This document shows, in pieces, positions 10,589-19,480 of a stretch of DNA of 61,401 nucleotides; the stretch's first letter is position 1, and the number at the start of each line of letters is the position of its first letter. The notes under the pieces are model-generated. The model saw only the letters and a list, made by a program, of their open reading frames with translations. It made no database searches and was not told where the DNA came from. Location: the IMG/VR virus record IMGVR_UViG_3300030047_000019, positions 1 through 61,401 of that record. One strand, given 5' to 3'. Made by a program: the position numbers and the translations under genes. The DNA comes from a virus (Duplodnaviria; Caudoviricetes).

Positions 10589-10624
10589 CGAGTTTACCGC
10601 ATAAAAAAGGCGGTCGAAAGGACA
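10589..10624 (-). promoter_or_regulatory. Putative late promoter, copy 2
   Basis: TGTCCTTT-N20-TAAACTCG upstream of protease/capsid. Confidence 0.65.
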
Positions 10625-10781
10625 TCGACCGCCTGTAATAGCAGAAAATACAGTAAAAATAACCTACAGCCCCCTTCTTATTCCCCCTGAGGGGGAAAGC
10701 TAAAAACGCTCCGAATAACATTAACAGTTAATTGGAGCGTTCTTTAAGCCCTCCCTTTCGGGGAGGGTTTGGGAGGGGCAG

Positions 10782-11234
10782 TTAAAACGGATCCCCAACA
10801 AACTTCCCCTTCTCCACCTGTTTCCCGTAAAACGATACGCTGTGCCCATTCCGGTCCGGCGTATCCGCCCCTGTATCCAGGTCAAACGAAACCCGAAGCG
10901 GTACCTGTACCGTGCCCGAAACTTTAAACTGTTCATTCTGATCCTGGTAAATCACTATCCAGTGGCGGCCGGTCATACCCGCAATGATTTGCCGTGCAGC
11001 ATCCGTATCTTTAGGTACGAAGGCCTTCAGTTCAGTCTGGTAGGCTGTGCCCGCTTTTTCTAACGATTCCTTTTCAGTCATACTCATGCTACCTGGAGAG
11101 CAATACATCTCTACAATATTCTCGGTAGTCGTAAAACTTACCGTGTTCGATCCGATCGTGATATCCGATGGAGGTACGGCCCAAATTTTCAGGACTCCTC
11201 CCAGGTTGTCAGAGGGTTTGTTCAGCTGTTTCAT
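10782..11234 (-). CDS. Putative structural protein, distant paralog of 7557..8117
   Basis: NLGGVLKIW / WIVIYQDQNEQFKVSG resemble NMGGIGQKV / LVFIVQDAEGQRYLMG. Confidence 0.5.
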   Translation of the reverse strand: MKQLNKPSDNLGGVLKIWAVPPSDITIGSNTVSFTTTENIVEMYCSPGSMSMTEKESLEKAGTAYQTELKAFVPKDTDAARQIIAGMTGRHWIVIYQDQNEQFKVSGTVQVPLRVSFDLDTGADTPDRNGHSVSFYGKQVEKGKFVGDPF

Positions 11235-11784
11235 GTTGCGCTTTTTTGGGTGTAATATTGTCCTTTTTGCGGGACAATATTTCCATAAATAAACTGTCTA
11301 CTTTACCAATAATTTCAACAAAAAAATCAATCTCATTTTCAGGCCGACGGCGGTAATATTCTTTCTTGATAGACTCATACGACCAATATTCCTCCTCCAT
11401 CTTATAATGCTCCTGAAATTTCTGTATACTTTCCTTAATGCTCAATCCAACGCCCCGGTAAATGCTCACCACGTTATGCATTTTGCACTTCACAGTCGAT
11501 TCAAACATCTTTCCAAACGTCACAGTATCCGTCTTCGAGAACTCCCAGCCGTAACGGTAGAAATAGTCCTGCGATATTACTATTTCCATCGTTTCCGTGT
11601 AAGTACACAATTGCTGGCGGTCAAACTGCAGATCAAAACGGGTCCGGGGTTTCTTCAGGCAGCGAAGTACCTCCTTTTGTATGTCAGGATACCGGCTGAA
11701 ATCGGCTGGTAAACCATAGTTCAATTCAACGAAACGCTTTACGTAAGGCTTAACAGGAATGGTAACTACAAATTTTTCCGACAT
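11209..11784 (-). CDS. Hypothetical protein, candidate late-gene activator
   Basis: Last gene of the early/replication arm before the head genes; start MSEKFVV; function inferred from position only. Confidence 0.45.
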   Translation of the reverse strand: MSEKFVVTIPVKPYVKRFVELNYGLPADFSRYPDIQKEVLRCLKKPRTRFDLQFDRQQLCTYTETMEIVISQDYFYRYGWEFSKTDTVTFGKMFESTVKCKMHNVVSIYRGVGLSIKESIQKFQEHYKMEEEYWSYESIKKEYYRRRPENEIDFFVEIIGKVDSLFMEILSRKKDNITPKKAQHETAEQTL

Positions 11785-12042
11785 AACGGTATATTCACGG
11801 TTTAAAACTAGTTCAGTTAAAAAAACCGGTGAATGAAGCGTTTCCAATATACAAACTCATTTCAGCTTTACAAAACAAAAGCCTGTTCAAATACGAACAG
11901 GCTCTTGTTAATAGCGTCATCCCGACGCATGTCGGGACCATCCTTAAACTCCTTAATGACCTTAAGGTCCTTCTAAATGCTCGACAACGTATAAGTTGAA
12001 ATAGTAGGCAATGCACAGAACTACCCATACATTGCCTGTTTA

Positions 12043-12230
12043 CTACTGTGCAGCTTCAAAAGTCAGGTAGTATTCTTTACCCGGGATGAAGTAATTACTT
12101 GCAGGAAGCTCGGCATCAATATTGATATCCAAATTACCGCATGGAGTTGCTTTTGCAAAGTCTGCATTTTCACCAGTCTGGCTATAAACTGCCGACATCT
12201 TTGCTTGTTTTTGGCCTCCGAAATCTGTTA
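12043..12230 (-). pseudogene. 3' remnant of a small phage gene (ENADFAKATPCG...GKEYYLTF) joined to the truncated methylase
   Basis: ORF-track start lies inside the MTase in another frame; apparent deletion junction near 12230. Confidence 0.45.
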
Positions 12231-12728
12231 TGGTCCCCAGCTCATGAATTCTCTGACGTTCTCGATCCACACGTAATCAGGCTGAAGTTCATCTATATAC
12301 ATAAACAGAGCATGTGCCAGGGTTCGGCTGTCTGCATCGCGGGGTAACCCTCCTTTAGCTTTCGAGTAATTCGTACACTCCAGGCTGGCCCACAGGTTAA
12401 TCTTACACCCGGGAAATTCCGATCGCAATTTATTGACCAGCTCCCTCAATGCTTCAACAACCTTGAAATCCCTTACATCTTCTACAAAATGCATGCAGTT
12501 CGGGTGATTAAGCCAGTGACTCATCAGGGCATTGTAATCATGATTGATACAAGCCACCACCTTTACATTTTCCAATCCTGCCAGGTGGATCCCCGTGGTA
12601 GTTCCTCCAGCTCCTGCAAACAAATCGATCCAGAAGATCATGCAGCCTTTAGTTTCATCATAACCCGTCCTAAGATGCAGCATCAACGGACCAATCTGTA
12701 TTTTTTCGAGTAAGTATTGTGGTTTCAT
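12228..12728 (-). pseudogene. Truncated C5-cytosine DNA methyltransferase
   Basis: Motif I DLFAGAGG, motif IV-like SLECT, motif VI ENV, then stop; TRD and motifs VIII-X missing. Confidence 0.75.
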
Positions 12729-12994
12729 GGCTTCCTTAGTTTATATACAATCATTTTTTTATAGCAGTTAATTCCGAAATGTACATCAATATCAACCATC
12801 AGATCCATCAGATCCAGATCCCTGGTAACCTTGCATATACGGTCAGGTTCTTTAATCAGAAATATGCATCCTTCACAAACCGATTTTACCTTCACAATCT
12901 TAAATGCATCAGGCTTTAAACTTATTATATCTGCAAATGTCATAGTTCCCTCCTTAATCACCTTAAAGTCCTTAAACTCCTTAATCTGTGCCAT
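12725..12994 (-). CDS. Hypothetical protein (CxxC)
   Basis: Coupled to the MTase start; N-terminus encoded by a CCTTAA 9-mer repeat. Confidence 0.5.
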   Translation of the reverse strand: MAQIKEFKDFKVIKEGTMTFADIISLKPDAFKIVKVKSVCEGCIFLIKEPDRICKVTRDLDLMDLMVDIDVHFGINCYKKMIVYKLRKP

Positions 12995-13019
12995 AATTTC
13001 TAAATTTTAGGTTAAACTT

Positions 13020-13135
13020 AATTTCGCAATCTCACCCATTGAGCCGTGGCGGATTCTGTCAAGGGTGGCCGTTTCAATTACCCCATTTGTCCCTTGACTT
13101 TTCCGGCAGGCGATCAATAACTTTATTGCGTAATT
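13020..13135. promoter_or_regulatory. Frpo-like long hairpin (putative ssDNA promoter), copy E
   Basis: Nested inverted repeats gcaat/attgc, attga/tcaat, cgga/tccg, gtcaaggg/cccttgac; TTGA-N20-TAACTTTA on the 3' arm. Confidence 0.55.
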
Positions 13136-13177
13136 GAGTTTTTAACTTTCTCATATTCAAATTCTGTCAATCAATTG

Positions 13178-13483
13178 TCAGGTAAACAAATACCGTTCAT
13201 TCTCTTCAATTATAATTGTTGTAAAAGGAAACCCAGTTTCAGGCACTTGCTGTATCGTTTCCATCAACCAGCTCGATCCTGTAAAAACAATATGCTTTTT
13301 GCTATCGATCGATATCTGCAGATGTATACACTTACCAGATCCCTTCTCTTTGAAAACTTTAGAGTCCTCAATTTTAAAGTGATGGACCACAATTTCACGA
13401 TTAAGTATTTTAGACATCTTTATTTTCTCACCTTCAAATGCCTGACTTTTGATTTTGATATTAAACTGACTGAAGCTATTCAT
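13178..13483 (-). CDS. DGR-associated small beta-rich protein (candidate accessory factor)
   Basis: Overlaps the RT stop; not helical Avd-like. Confidence 0.6.
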   Translation of the reverse strand: MNSFSQFNIKIKSQAFEGEKIKMSKILNREIVVHHFKIEDSKVFKEKGSGKCIHLQISIDSKKHIVFTGSSWLMETIQQVPETGFPFTTIIIEENERYLFT

Positions 13484-14429
13484 GGAGTAATTTTTTAATT
13501 AGATTTTTACTATTACAGTGCGATGCCCATCCTTTATAAGAGGCAATTGACTTTGCATTTCTTTTTCTTTTTAGCATTCGGGCAAAATTCTGCTTGATAC
13601 TCTTACGGAGTAAGGTATGCGTGTGGCGAAATACATAGCCTACAAAATCAATTCCCCGGACATCAACAGGGAATACCTGATAGTTTCCTTTCACGGTTAG
13701 TTTCAGCCTGTCATTCATATAGGTTCTGATTTCAGCAAGCAATTGGTGTAAATAAGGTTTACTGCTGGAAAGGATTACAAGGTCATCGGCATACCGGAAG
13801 TAATATTTTACGCCTTTAACCTCCTTCATCCAGTGGTCGAAATAACTCAGGTAAAAATTGGCGAAATATTGGGAAAGATAGTTTCCGATCGGAAGGCCAT
13901 CCGTGCTGTCAATCACTTCATCGAGCAACCAAAGCAGGTCATTATCCTTGATTTTTCGACGAAGCAGCTGCTTGAGTATTTCATGATCAACATTCGGATA
14001 AAACTTCTTAATGTTTAGCTTCAGGCAGTACCCGGTATTTTCAACATTCTTTAAGGCATATTTTACTGCATTTGCCGCAGCATGAATGCCTTTCCCTTTG
14101 ATGCAGGAATAAGTATCTGCCGTAAATGTTGACACAAATATTGGCTCCAGCACGTTCATTACAGCGTGATGGGTGATCCTGTCAGGATAATAAGGCAACC
14201 GGAATATCAGACGCTCTTTGGGCTCAAAGATGGTGAACGTTGTATATTCAGATGTTTGATAGGTTTTGTCCTTCAGCATTTCATGCAGTTTTTGAATATT
14301 TTCTTCCCGGTTCTGATCGTGCCCGATTACTCCAGGCTGTTTCGTTTTGCCTTTTCGGGCAATTTCATCAGCCAATTGGAGGTTTTCGATGCTGTATATT
14401 TTCTCGTATAAATTGTTGATCCGTTTCAT
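13476..14429 (-). CDS. DGR reverse transcriptase (motif A Asp replaced by Asn)
   Basis: KGK, PKER, DRITHHA, GLPIGNYLSQ (DGR-type SQ) and YADD motifs; adjacent TR. Confidence 0.95.
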   Translation of the reverse strand: MKRINNLYEKIYSIENLQLADEIARKGKTKQPGVIGHDQNREENIQKLHEMLKDKTYQTSEYTTFTIFEPKERLIFRLPYYPDRITHHAVMNVLEPIFVSTFTADTYSCIKGKGIHAAANAVKYALKNVENTGYCLKLNIKKFYPNVDHEILKQLLRRKIKDNDLLWLLDEVIDSTDGLPIGNYLSQYFANFYLSYFDHWMKEVKGVKYYFRYADDLVILSSSKPYLHQLLAEIRTYMNDRLKLTVKGNYQVFPVDVRGIDFVGYVFRHTHTLLRKSIKQNFARMLKRKRNAKSIASYKGWASHCNSKNLIKKLLHE

Positions 14430-14535
14430 GCCTTTGCTTTTTTATGGTCGCTTTCTCCCGATTACTCGGAATACCAACACCCATTGAAAATGATTTATTT
14501 TTTGCACTGTTGGCAAGGTCTACGCTGCCAGTATC

Positions 14536-14616
14536 GCATAGGTGAGAGCTGACATTCGTATTCGTGTTATCGTAGTTGTAATTCGAATTCGAAAAACTGA
14601 ACCTGGAAGACAGAAC
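14536..14616 (-). ncRNA. DGR template repeat (TR)
   Basis: 81 bp, AAY-codon rich, 22 adenines on the minus strand; differs from four VRs only at those adenines. Confidence 0.95.
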
Positions 14617-14648
14617 TAGCAGCAACGCAGCGTACAACCTTTTTTATT

Positions 14649-15056
14649 TTATTCCGGATAGAGGAAGTATTCCTGGTATTCCGCTTGGAACTTTTCGGCT
14701 ATATACATGGCCTTTTCACTTGTATCAGTGCAAAGGCGAGAGCCGACAGTCGTATGCGTGTCAGCGTAGTAGCAAATCGAATCCGAAAAACCGAACCCGG
14801 AAGACAGAACCCTATACCAGGGATAGTATTTCCATTGCGAAGGTTTGCTCCAATCTGGACGCCATCCGTTGTTAATTGCCTTGAAAATAATCAAGAGCTT
14901 ATAGGCGTTGATGATTGGTTTTCTGAACTCTTCCGGGAGCATCGATACATCGGGCAATGCAGTTGTATCAATGTTTTCCTTCGTGCAGGCATCTTCAAAC
15001 GATTTGATTGTTCTGAAATCAAATACAGGTTGGTTTTTTACTGATTTTTTGGCCAT
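14649..15056 (-). CDS. DGR target protein 1 (135 aa)
   Basis: C-terminal VR1; IKSFEDAC...GWRPDW...KYYPW...VGSRLC family. Confidence 0.9.
   Translation of the reverse strand: MAKKSVKNQPVFDFRTIKSFEDACTKENIDTTALPDVSMLPEEFRKPIINAYKLLIIFKAINNGWRPDWSKPSQWKYYPWYRVLSSGFGFSDSICYYADTHTTVGSRLCTDTSEKAMYIAEKFQAEYQEYFLYPE
14730..14810 (-). repeat. DGR variable repeat VR1
   Basis: 13 mismatches to TR, all at TR adenines. Confidence 0.95.
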
Positions 15057-15061
15057 GATTT

Positions 15062-15571
15062 TTATTGTTTAATGGTTAGAAATTGTTCGTATATATCAAT
15101 GAATTGCTTGGCAGCATAAGTGCATTTTTCCTTAGTTTCAAAGCAAAGGCGAGAGCCGACAGTCGTACTCGCGTTACCGAAGTCGTAAACCGAATCCGAA
15201 AAACCGAACCCGGAAGACAGATTGAAATATGGCCAGTATTTGTATTGATTGGAATTACTCCAATCTGGAGTCCAGCCCTGGTTAATTGCTTTTACAACAA
15301 TTTTTGCCTTTTCATAATTGATGGTATCAGCATCAAGTCCGAGGCTGGCGAAGCGTTCATTGAACTCTTCTTCAGTAGTTCCGCATTCTTCGCAGGCATC
15401 TGCAAAAGTTTTGATGTCTGTGTAGTCTCTTTTTTTGAAGTAATTTTCTCCAAAGGTTTCGATCAATACTTTCTGAAACCACACTGGTGATTCCGGAAAA
15501 AGCTTTTTTGCTGTTGTTTTTTTAAGAGTTAATTCCATCATTTTTAAATGTGTTAAACTGTTAATATTCAA
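15062..15571 (-). CDS. DGR target protein 2 (paralog; start may be 15541)
   Basis: Same domain family, C-terminal VR2. Confidence 0.9.
   Translation of the reverse strand: MNINSLTHLKMMELTLKKTTAKKLFPESPVWFQKVLIETFGENYFKKRDYTDIKTFADACEECGTTEEEFNERFASLGLDADTINYEKAKIVVKAINQGWTPDWSNSNQYKYWPYFNLSSGFGFSDSVYDFGNASTTVGSRLCFETKEKCTYAAKQFIDIYEQFLTIKQ
15143..15221 (-). repeat. DGR variable repeat VR2
   Basis: 14 mismatches to TR over 79 bp, all at TR adenines. Confidence 0.95.
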
Positions 15572-15623
15572 TTATTTATTTTCAAAATATATACTTTTAA
15601 GTAAAAAAATAACTTGATAGTTT

Positions 15624-15790
15624 ACTTACCACACACCACACTTTAAAACATTGATAATCAATTATGTTTTTTTTATGCATACCGTGTGGTAGGTTAGTGG
15701 TACGTTGTGGTAAGTAGGCAAAAAACGGCTACTTACCACATTTTTTCCTTTGGTGGCGCATGTTCTGGCGGTGTGGTAAGTGTGGTAAGT
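15624..15790. repeat. TGTGGTAAGT direct/inverted repeat cluster (putative replication origin)
   Basis: About 7 copies in both orientations, AT-rich flanks, just downstream of the VapE-like gene. Confidence 0.55.
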
Positions 15791-15851
15791 GAATTTTTAT
15801 TTTTCATTTTTTCTTTGAGTTTTTTATATATTAGTGAATTAATAGATATGT

Positions 15852-17093
15852 TTATAAAGAATCTAAATGACAGACATGGTAGGCATAAATCGAATCAATA
15901 CCACGTCTTACTTTCTTCCGGTCAAAACCCAGTTGAGTCAGGGCACGGCCAATTGCTTCATTACTCATCGATCCTCGGTCCTCCGACCGTATAAGCTTCT
16001 TTTCAATCATGCAGTTTAAAACCTCGTTGGCTTGCATCCATTCACCCTCGCCATTGATGGGTTTGCGGAAATACATGCGGATATACTTTGTACACGATGT
16101 TTCCACCCGGTACCGCTCGTTTATCATCCTGAATTCTTCCCAGTCCGACTGGTGCCAGGTATAATCAAAATCCTGTTCCATCAGCGTGACGGCTTCTGCC
16201 CACAGCTGGTCCACGTCAACCTTCATACTATACTCCTGGTTAATCGATTCGAGTTCTATCACCAGCCATCGGCGATATCCCATTCCTGAAGTAATGAAAC
16301 CACCCATTTCAGGTGTTTTATTCGAGGTAAAACATCCAGATCCCAGGCGGGGCATTTCTTTGGGAAAAGGATCCCGGGGCAAAAGCACTTGTATTGTACT
16401 TTGCGACGATACTTTCTTCAAAATCTCATTCGATCGCTTGGTTACTCCAACCAGTTCGTCAAACAGAATCATCATATTTTGAGCAAAAGCGGTCTCCACA
16501 TCAAACTTATTGATATCATCCTTCGATATGGCCAGGTATGGACGAAGTACCGGTGGCATCAAAAATTCAAAAAAGAAAGTTTTGCCTATTCCTTCATCCT
16601 GATGGACCAGTCCTAAAAACACTGAATTTGCAATGCTTTTCATAGCGCAGGCCACGGTGGCCACCAACCACTTTTTTAAGTAACTGTAAAACCTGATCTT
16701 ATAATAATCCCTGCCCTGATCGCCATATTCCCTGATGCTCAGGTGAGCGGCCAACAGGTCGATATGACTGACCCCTTTCCATTTTTCCCGAAGGCTTTCA
16801 AAATATTCGGTCACCGGGTTATAAGTAGTCATGTAGTTGGGCGATCTGAGCAGCTTTCTGAGTACCGTATCCGAGCACTGAACGCCTTCTTCAATCATGT
16901 GGATAGATATTTCCTCCCAGGTCACTCCGTACTCAAATCGCTTGCTTTTGGGCTTAATTACCGCCCTGTTTGGGTTCGGATCGAAACGGTTAACCCGTAT
17001 TTCGTAATTTTCTGAAAGAAATGCTCTGACCTCGTCAATCTTATTTTGCGAGCTTACTCTTGATTCAGTCTTTAGAGAGGATATTTTAGCCAT
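15852..17093 (-). CDS. VapE/virulence-associated E family P-loop ATPase (primase-helicase-like)
   Basis: GIGKT Walker A, ILFDEL Walker B, TSN and GYRRW motifs. Confidence 0.8.
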   Translation of the reverse strand: MAKISSLKTESRVSSQNKIDEVRAFLSENYEIRVNRFDPNPNRAVIKPKSKRFEYGVTWEEISIHMIEEGVQCSDTVLRKLLRSPNYMTTYNPVTEYFESLREKWKGVSHIDLLAAHLSIREYGDQGRDYYKIRFYSYLKKWLVATVACAMKSIANSVFLGLVHQDEGIGKTFFFEFLMPPVLRPYLAISKDDINKFDVETAFAQNMMILFDELVGVTKRSNEILKKVSSQSTIQVLLPRDPFPKEMPRLGSGCFTSNKTPEMGGFITSGMGYRRWLVIELESINQEYSMKVDVDQLWAEAVTLMEQDFDYTWHQSDWEEFRMINERYRVETSCTKYIRMYFRKPINGEGEWMQANEVLNCMIEKKLIRSEDRGSMSNEAIGRALTQLGFDRKKVRRGIDSIYAYHVCHLDSL

Positions 17094-17151
17094 GGTATAG
17101 TATAAGTTTCAAATTTTAAGTTCAAGGGTTCATGTTGTGGGTGCGATAATG

Positions 17152-17487
17152 CTAATCGTTGTCATCATCCTCCCAAAGTTTCCTTGAATATTGTACTACT
17201 GGTTCTTTCAATGCCAGAAGTTTCTTTTGCATCTCCTTAATATCCCACGAATCAATAGGCTTTGAGGTAATCATTTCAGCCATTTGGAACATCACTTCTT
17301 CAGTTACCGGATTGATAGCGTAAATTGCTGAAGGATTGAGAAGTCGTGTAAACTTCGGTTGTTGTGTCGTTTCAGGAACATCGACCCTTACAAATGTTGC
17401 AACTCCAATATTTTGTTCTGTAACCTTTCCGGCCATTTTAGTATGACCAAATAATTCAACTACTGCATTTAATTCAAATTTTTCCAT
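17152..17487 (-). CDS. Conserved hypothetical phage protein
   Basis: Start MEKFELNAVVELFGH; the ORF-track extension is repeat sequence. Confidence 0.65.
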   Translation of the reverse strand: MEKFELNAVVELFGHTKMAGKVTEQNIGVATFVRVDVPETTQQPKFTRLLNPSAIYAINPVTEEVMFQMAEMITSKPIDSWDIKEMQKKLLALKEPVVQYSRKLWEDDDND

Positions 17488-17534
17488 GATTATTAATTTT
17501 ATGTTTTTTAAACTCCTTAAACTCCTTAACCTCC

Positions 17535-18971
17535 TTAATTCCCTATCCACTCATCAGGATCTACACTCCCTTTAGCGCTGTCAAAAATCTGCGAGAAGTC
17601 CGTGCTCTTCTTACACGTAATAGTCCTCAGATCTCCCTCCCTGTTCTTGGCAATTACCAGCTGAATAATGTTCTTGATTGAATTTCCGGCTTCATCCACC
17701 CCGTCCTTGTCGTAATATTCCGGTCTCCACGGGAAAATCACCATATCGGCATCCTGCTCGATAGCACCCGATTCGCGTAAATCAGATAACATAGGGGTTT
17801 TATCCTGGCGGCTTTCAACGCCTCGATTCAACTGGCACAGCAATATCACCGGCACATTGGTCTCTTTGGCCAGCTTCTTCAGCGATCGGCTGATCTCGGC
17901 CACTTCCCGTTCCCTATTCTTCTGTCCATAGCCATTCTCCTGGGGCGACTCCACCAGCTGCAGGTAATCAATCACAATCAGCTGACATTCTCCCCTTCTG
18001 GCTTTGTTGCGTGCCACTGCCGAAATATACCTGACATTAGCCGAGGCAGTATCGTCGATGTAAATGGGTAGATTTTCCAGTTCTGTTATAGATTTATGAT
18101 AGGCATCCCAGTCAATTCCGGTCATCTTTCCCGATTTCATATTATCCTGATCGATGCCACCATTACCTAAAATTAACCTCTGGCTTAATCGGGTATCCTT
18201 CATCTCAAGCGAGAAAATACACACCGATGCACGACTTTTAGCCGCGAATTTCGAAAAGTGAAGTGCAAAAGCCGTCTTACCCATACCCGGCCTGGCTGCT
18301 ATCACGATTAAATCCGATGGCTGCCATCCATAAATGGCCCGGTTCAGATCGGCCAACCCGGTGGGTATTCCTGCCATTTCACCCCGCTGGGCTTTCTCGG
18401 CCCGTTCCACTACCTCCCGGGTAGTTTCCTTCATCACCTCGCGGATATGGCGCATGCCGGTCTTACCTGCCATCAGGTCATCGATCGCCTGCGTATTCAT
18501 CGAATAACACATCTCTGCTTCGTCAAAATTATCCTGGTAGCTCAGCGAGATGATTTCCGAACATCGGCGGATCATTTCCCTTAAAACATATTTTTCATAA
18601 ATGATCCGTGCGTGTTGTTCGATGTGTGCTGCGCTGGCAATGCGCGAAGTAAGCTGTGTGATGGCCAGTGGACCGCCAACTTCTTCGAGTAAATTCAGCT
18701 GGCGTAATTCCTGGGTAATGGTTAGTAAGTCGGTCGTTTTTCCGGTCGAAACCATCTTATCAATGACTTCGAAAATCACCTGGTGTGTATTTTTGTAAAA
18801 CATTTCGCCTGTCAGCAGGTTCGAAATCTTGTGATAGGCATCCCGCTCCAGAAGCATGGCGCCAAGCACCACCTCTTCAAGTTCAATAACCTGTGGCGGT
18901 ACCTTGCCAAAAGCGGCATCTATCTGATTAGGCAAGTTTGAATACGGTTGGTTTTTTTTCTTCTGGTCCAT
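17535..18971 (-). CDS. dnaB: Replicative DNA helicase
   Basis: AARPGMGKT, FSLEM, IDYLQL, QLNR and SDLRESGAIEQDAD motifs. Confidence 0.97.
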   Translation of the reverse strand: MDQKKKNQPYSNLPNQIDAAFGKVPPQVIELEEVVLGAMLLERDAYHKISNLLTGEMFYKNTHQVIFEVIDKMVSTGKTTDLLTITQELRQLNLLEEVGGPLAITQLTSRIASAAHIEQHARIIYEKYVLREMIRRCSEIISLSYQDNFDEAEMCYSMNTQAIDDLMAGKTGMRHIREVMKETTREVVERAEKAQRGEMAGIPTGLADLNRAIYGWQPSDLIVIAARPGMGKTAFALHFSKFAAKSRASVCIFSLEMKDTRLSQRLILGNGGIDQDNMKSGKMTGIDWDAYHKSITELENLPIYIDDTASANVRYISAVARNKARRGECQLIVIDYLQLVESPQENGYGQKNREREVAEISRSLKKLAKETNVPVILLCQLNRGVESRQDKTPMLSDLRESGAIEQDADMVIFPWRPEYYDKDGVDEAGNSIKNIIQLVIAKNREGDLRTITCKKSTDFSQIFDSAKGSVDPDEWIGN

Positions 18972-19410
18972 TATTGAGTAAATTATTGGTTATTAATTCT
19001 TCTTCCTTTACCACGTAAAAGTTAGGATTACGTTTATACATGGCATATTCCAGGTACTTCACTGCCGTTTTTGGATTGTTATCCGTAATCTCTTTCAGCC
19101 TTTTCAGCGCCATCACCTCCGATCGGCTCTTGATCCACTGTCCGTGCTGCTCCTGAAGATATTCCTTCCAGAATTTCCAGGTCGATAAAAACTCCGGATC
19201 ATTCCATGGCTCTTTCACTTCCACTGCCTTCATGGGTGAAATAAACCCATCGAAATTATTCCACGACTTCTTAAATTTATCCCAGGATTTCTTCATTTTA
19301 TTCTCGGCCTTAAAGAAGCTTACCGATTGAGGAAGCATTACAAGAAGCTCCTCCATAGCCTCCTGTAAATTGCGGACATCAGTGCCCATTTGGTCCCATT
19401 CTTCTTGCAT
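18928..19410 (-). CDS. Hypothetical protein, possible replication initiator/loader
   Basis: Directly upstream of dnaB. Confidence 0.45.
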   Translation of the reverse strand: MQEEWDQMGTDVRNLQEAMEELLVMLPQSVSFFKAENKMKKSWDKFKKSWNNFDGFISPMKAVEVKEPWNDPEFLSTWKFWKEYLQEQHGQWIKSRSEVMALKRLKEITDNNPKTAVKYLEYAMYKRNPNFYVVKEEELITNNLLNNGPEEKKPTVFKLA

Positions 19411-19480
19411 AGTGTTTCTGTTTTAATCAGATTAATCATTTAATCAGGTTAATCATAACTTGTCCCGATCCCTCGGGAGT

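Noticed and set aside
11255-11280. TGTCCTTT within the palindrome ATATTGTCC...GGACAATAT as a ninth late promoter
   Set aside because: Opposite strand and no TAnnTTyG box at N20; could still be a binding site but is unsupported
13476-14429. RT as group II intron, retron or Abi RT
   Set aside because: Short, has the SQ motif, no maturase domain, and an adjacent TR with adenine-specific VRs
14368-14637. 89-aa ORF spanning the TR
   Set aside because: It is the open TR frame (Asn-rich mirror of the VRs), which is expected for a DGR template RNA; no evidence it is a protein
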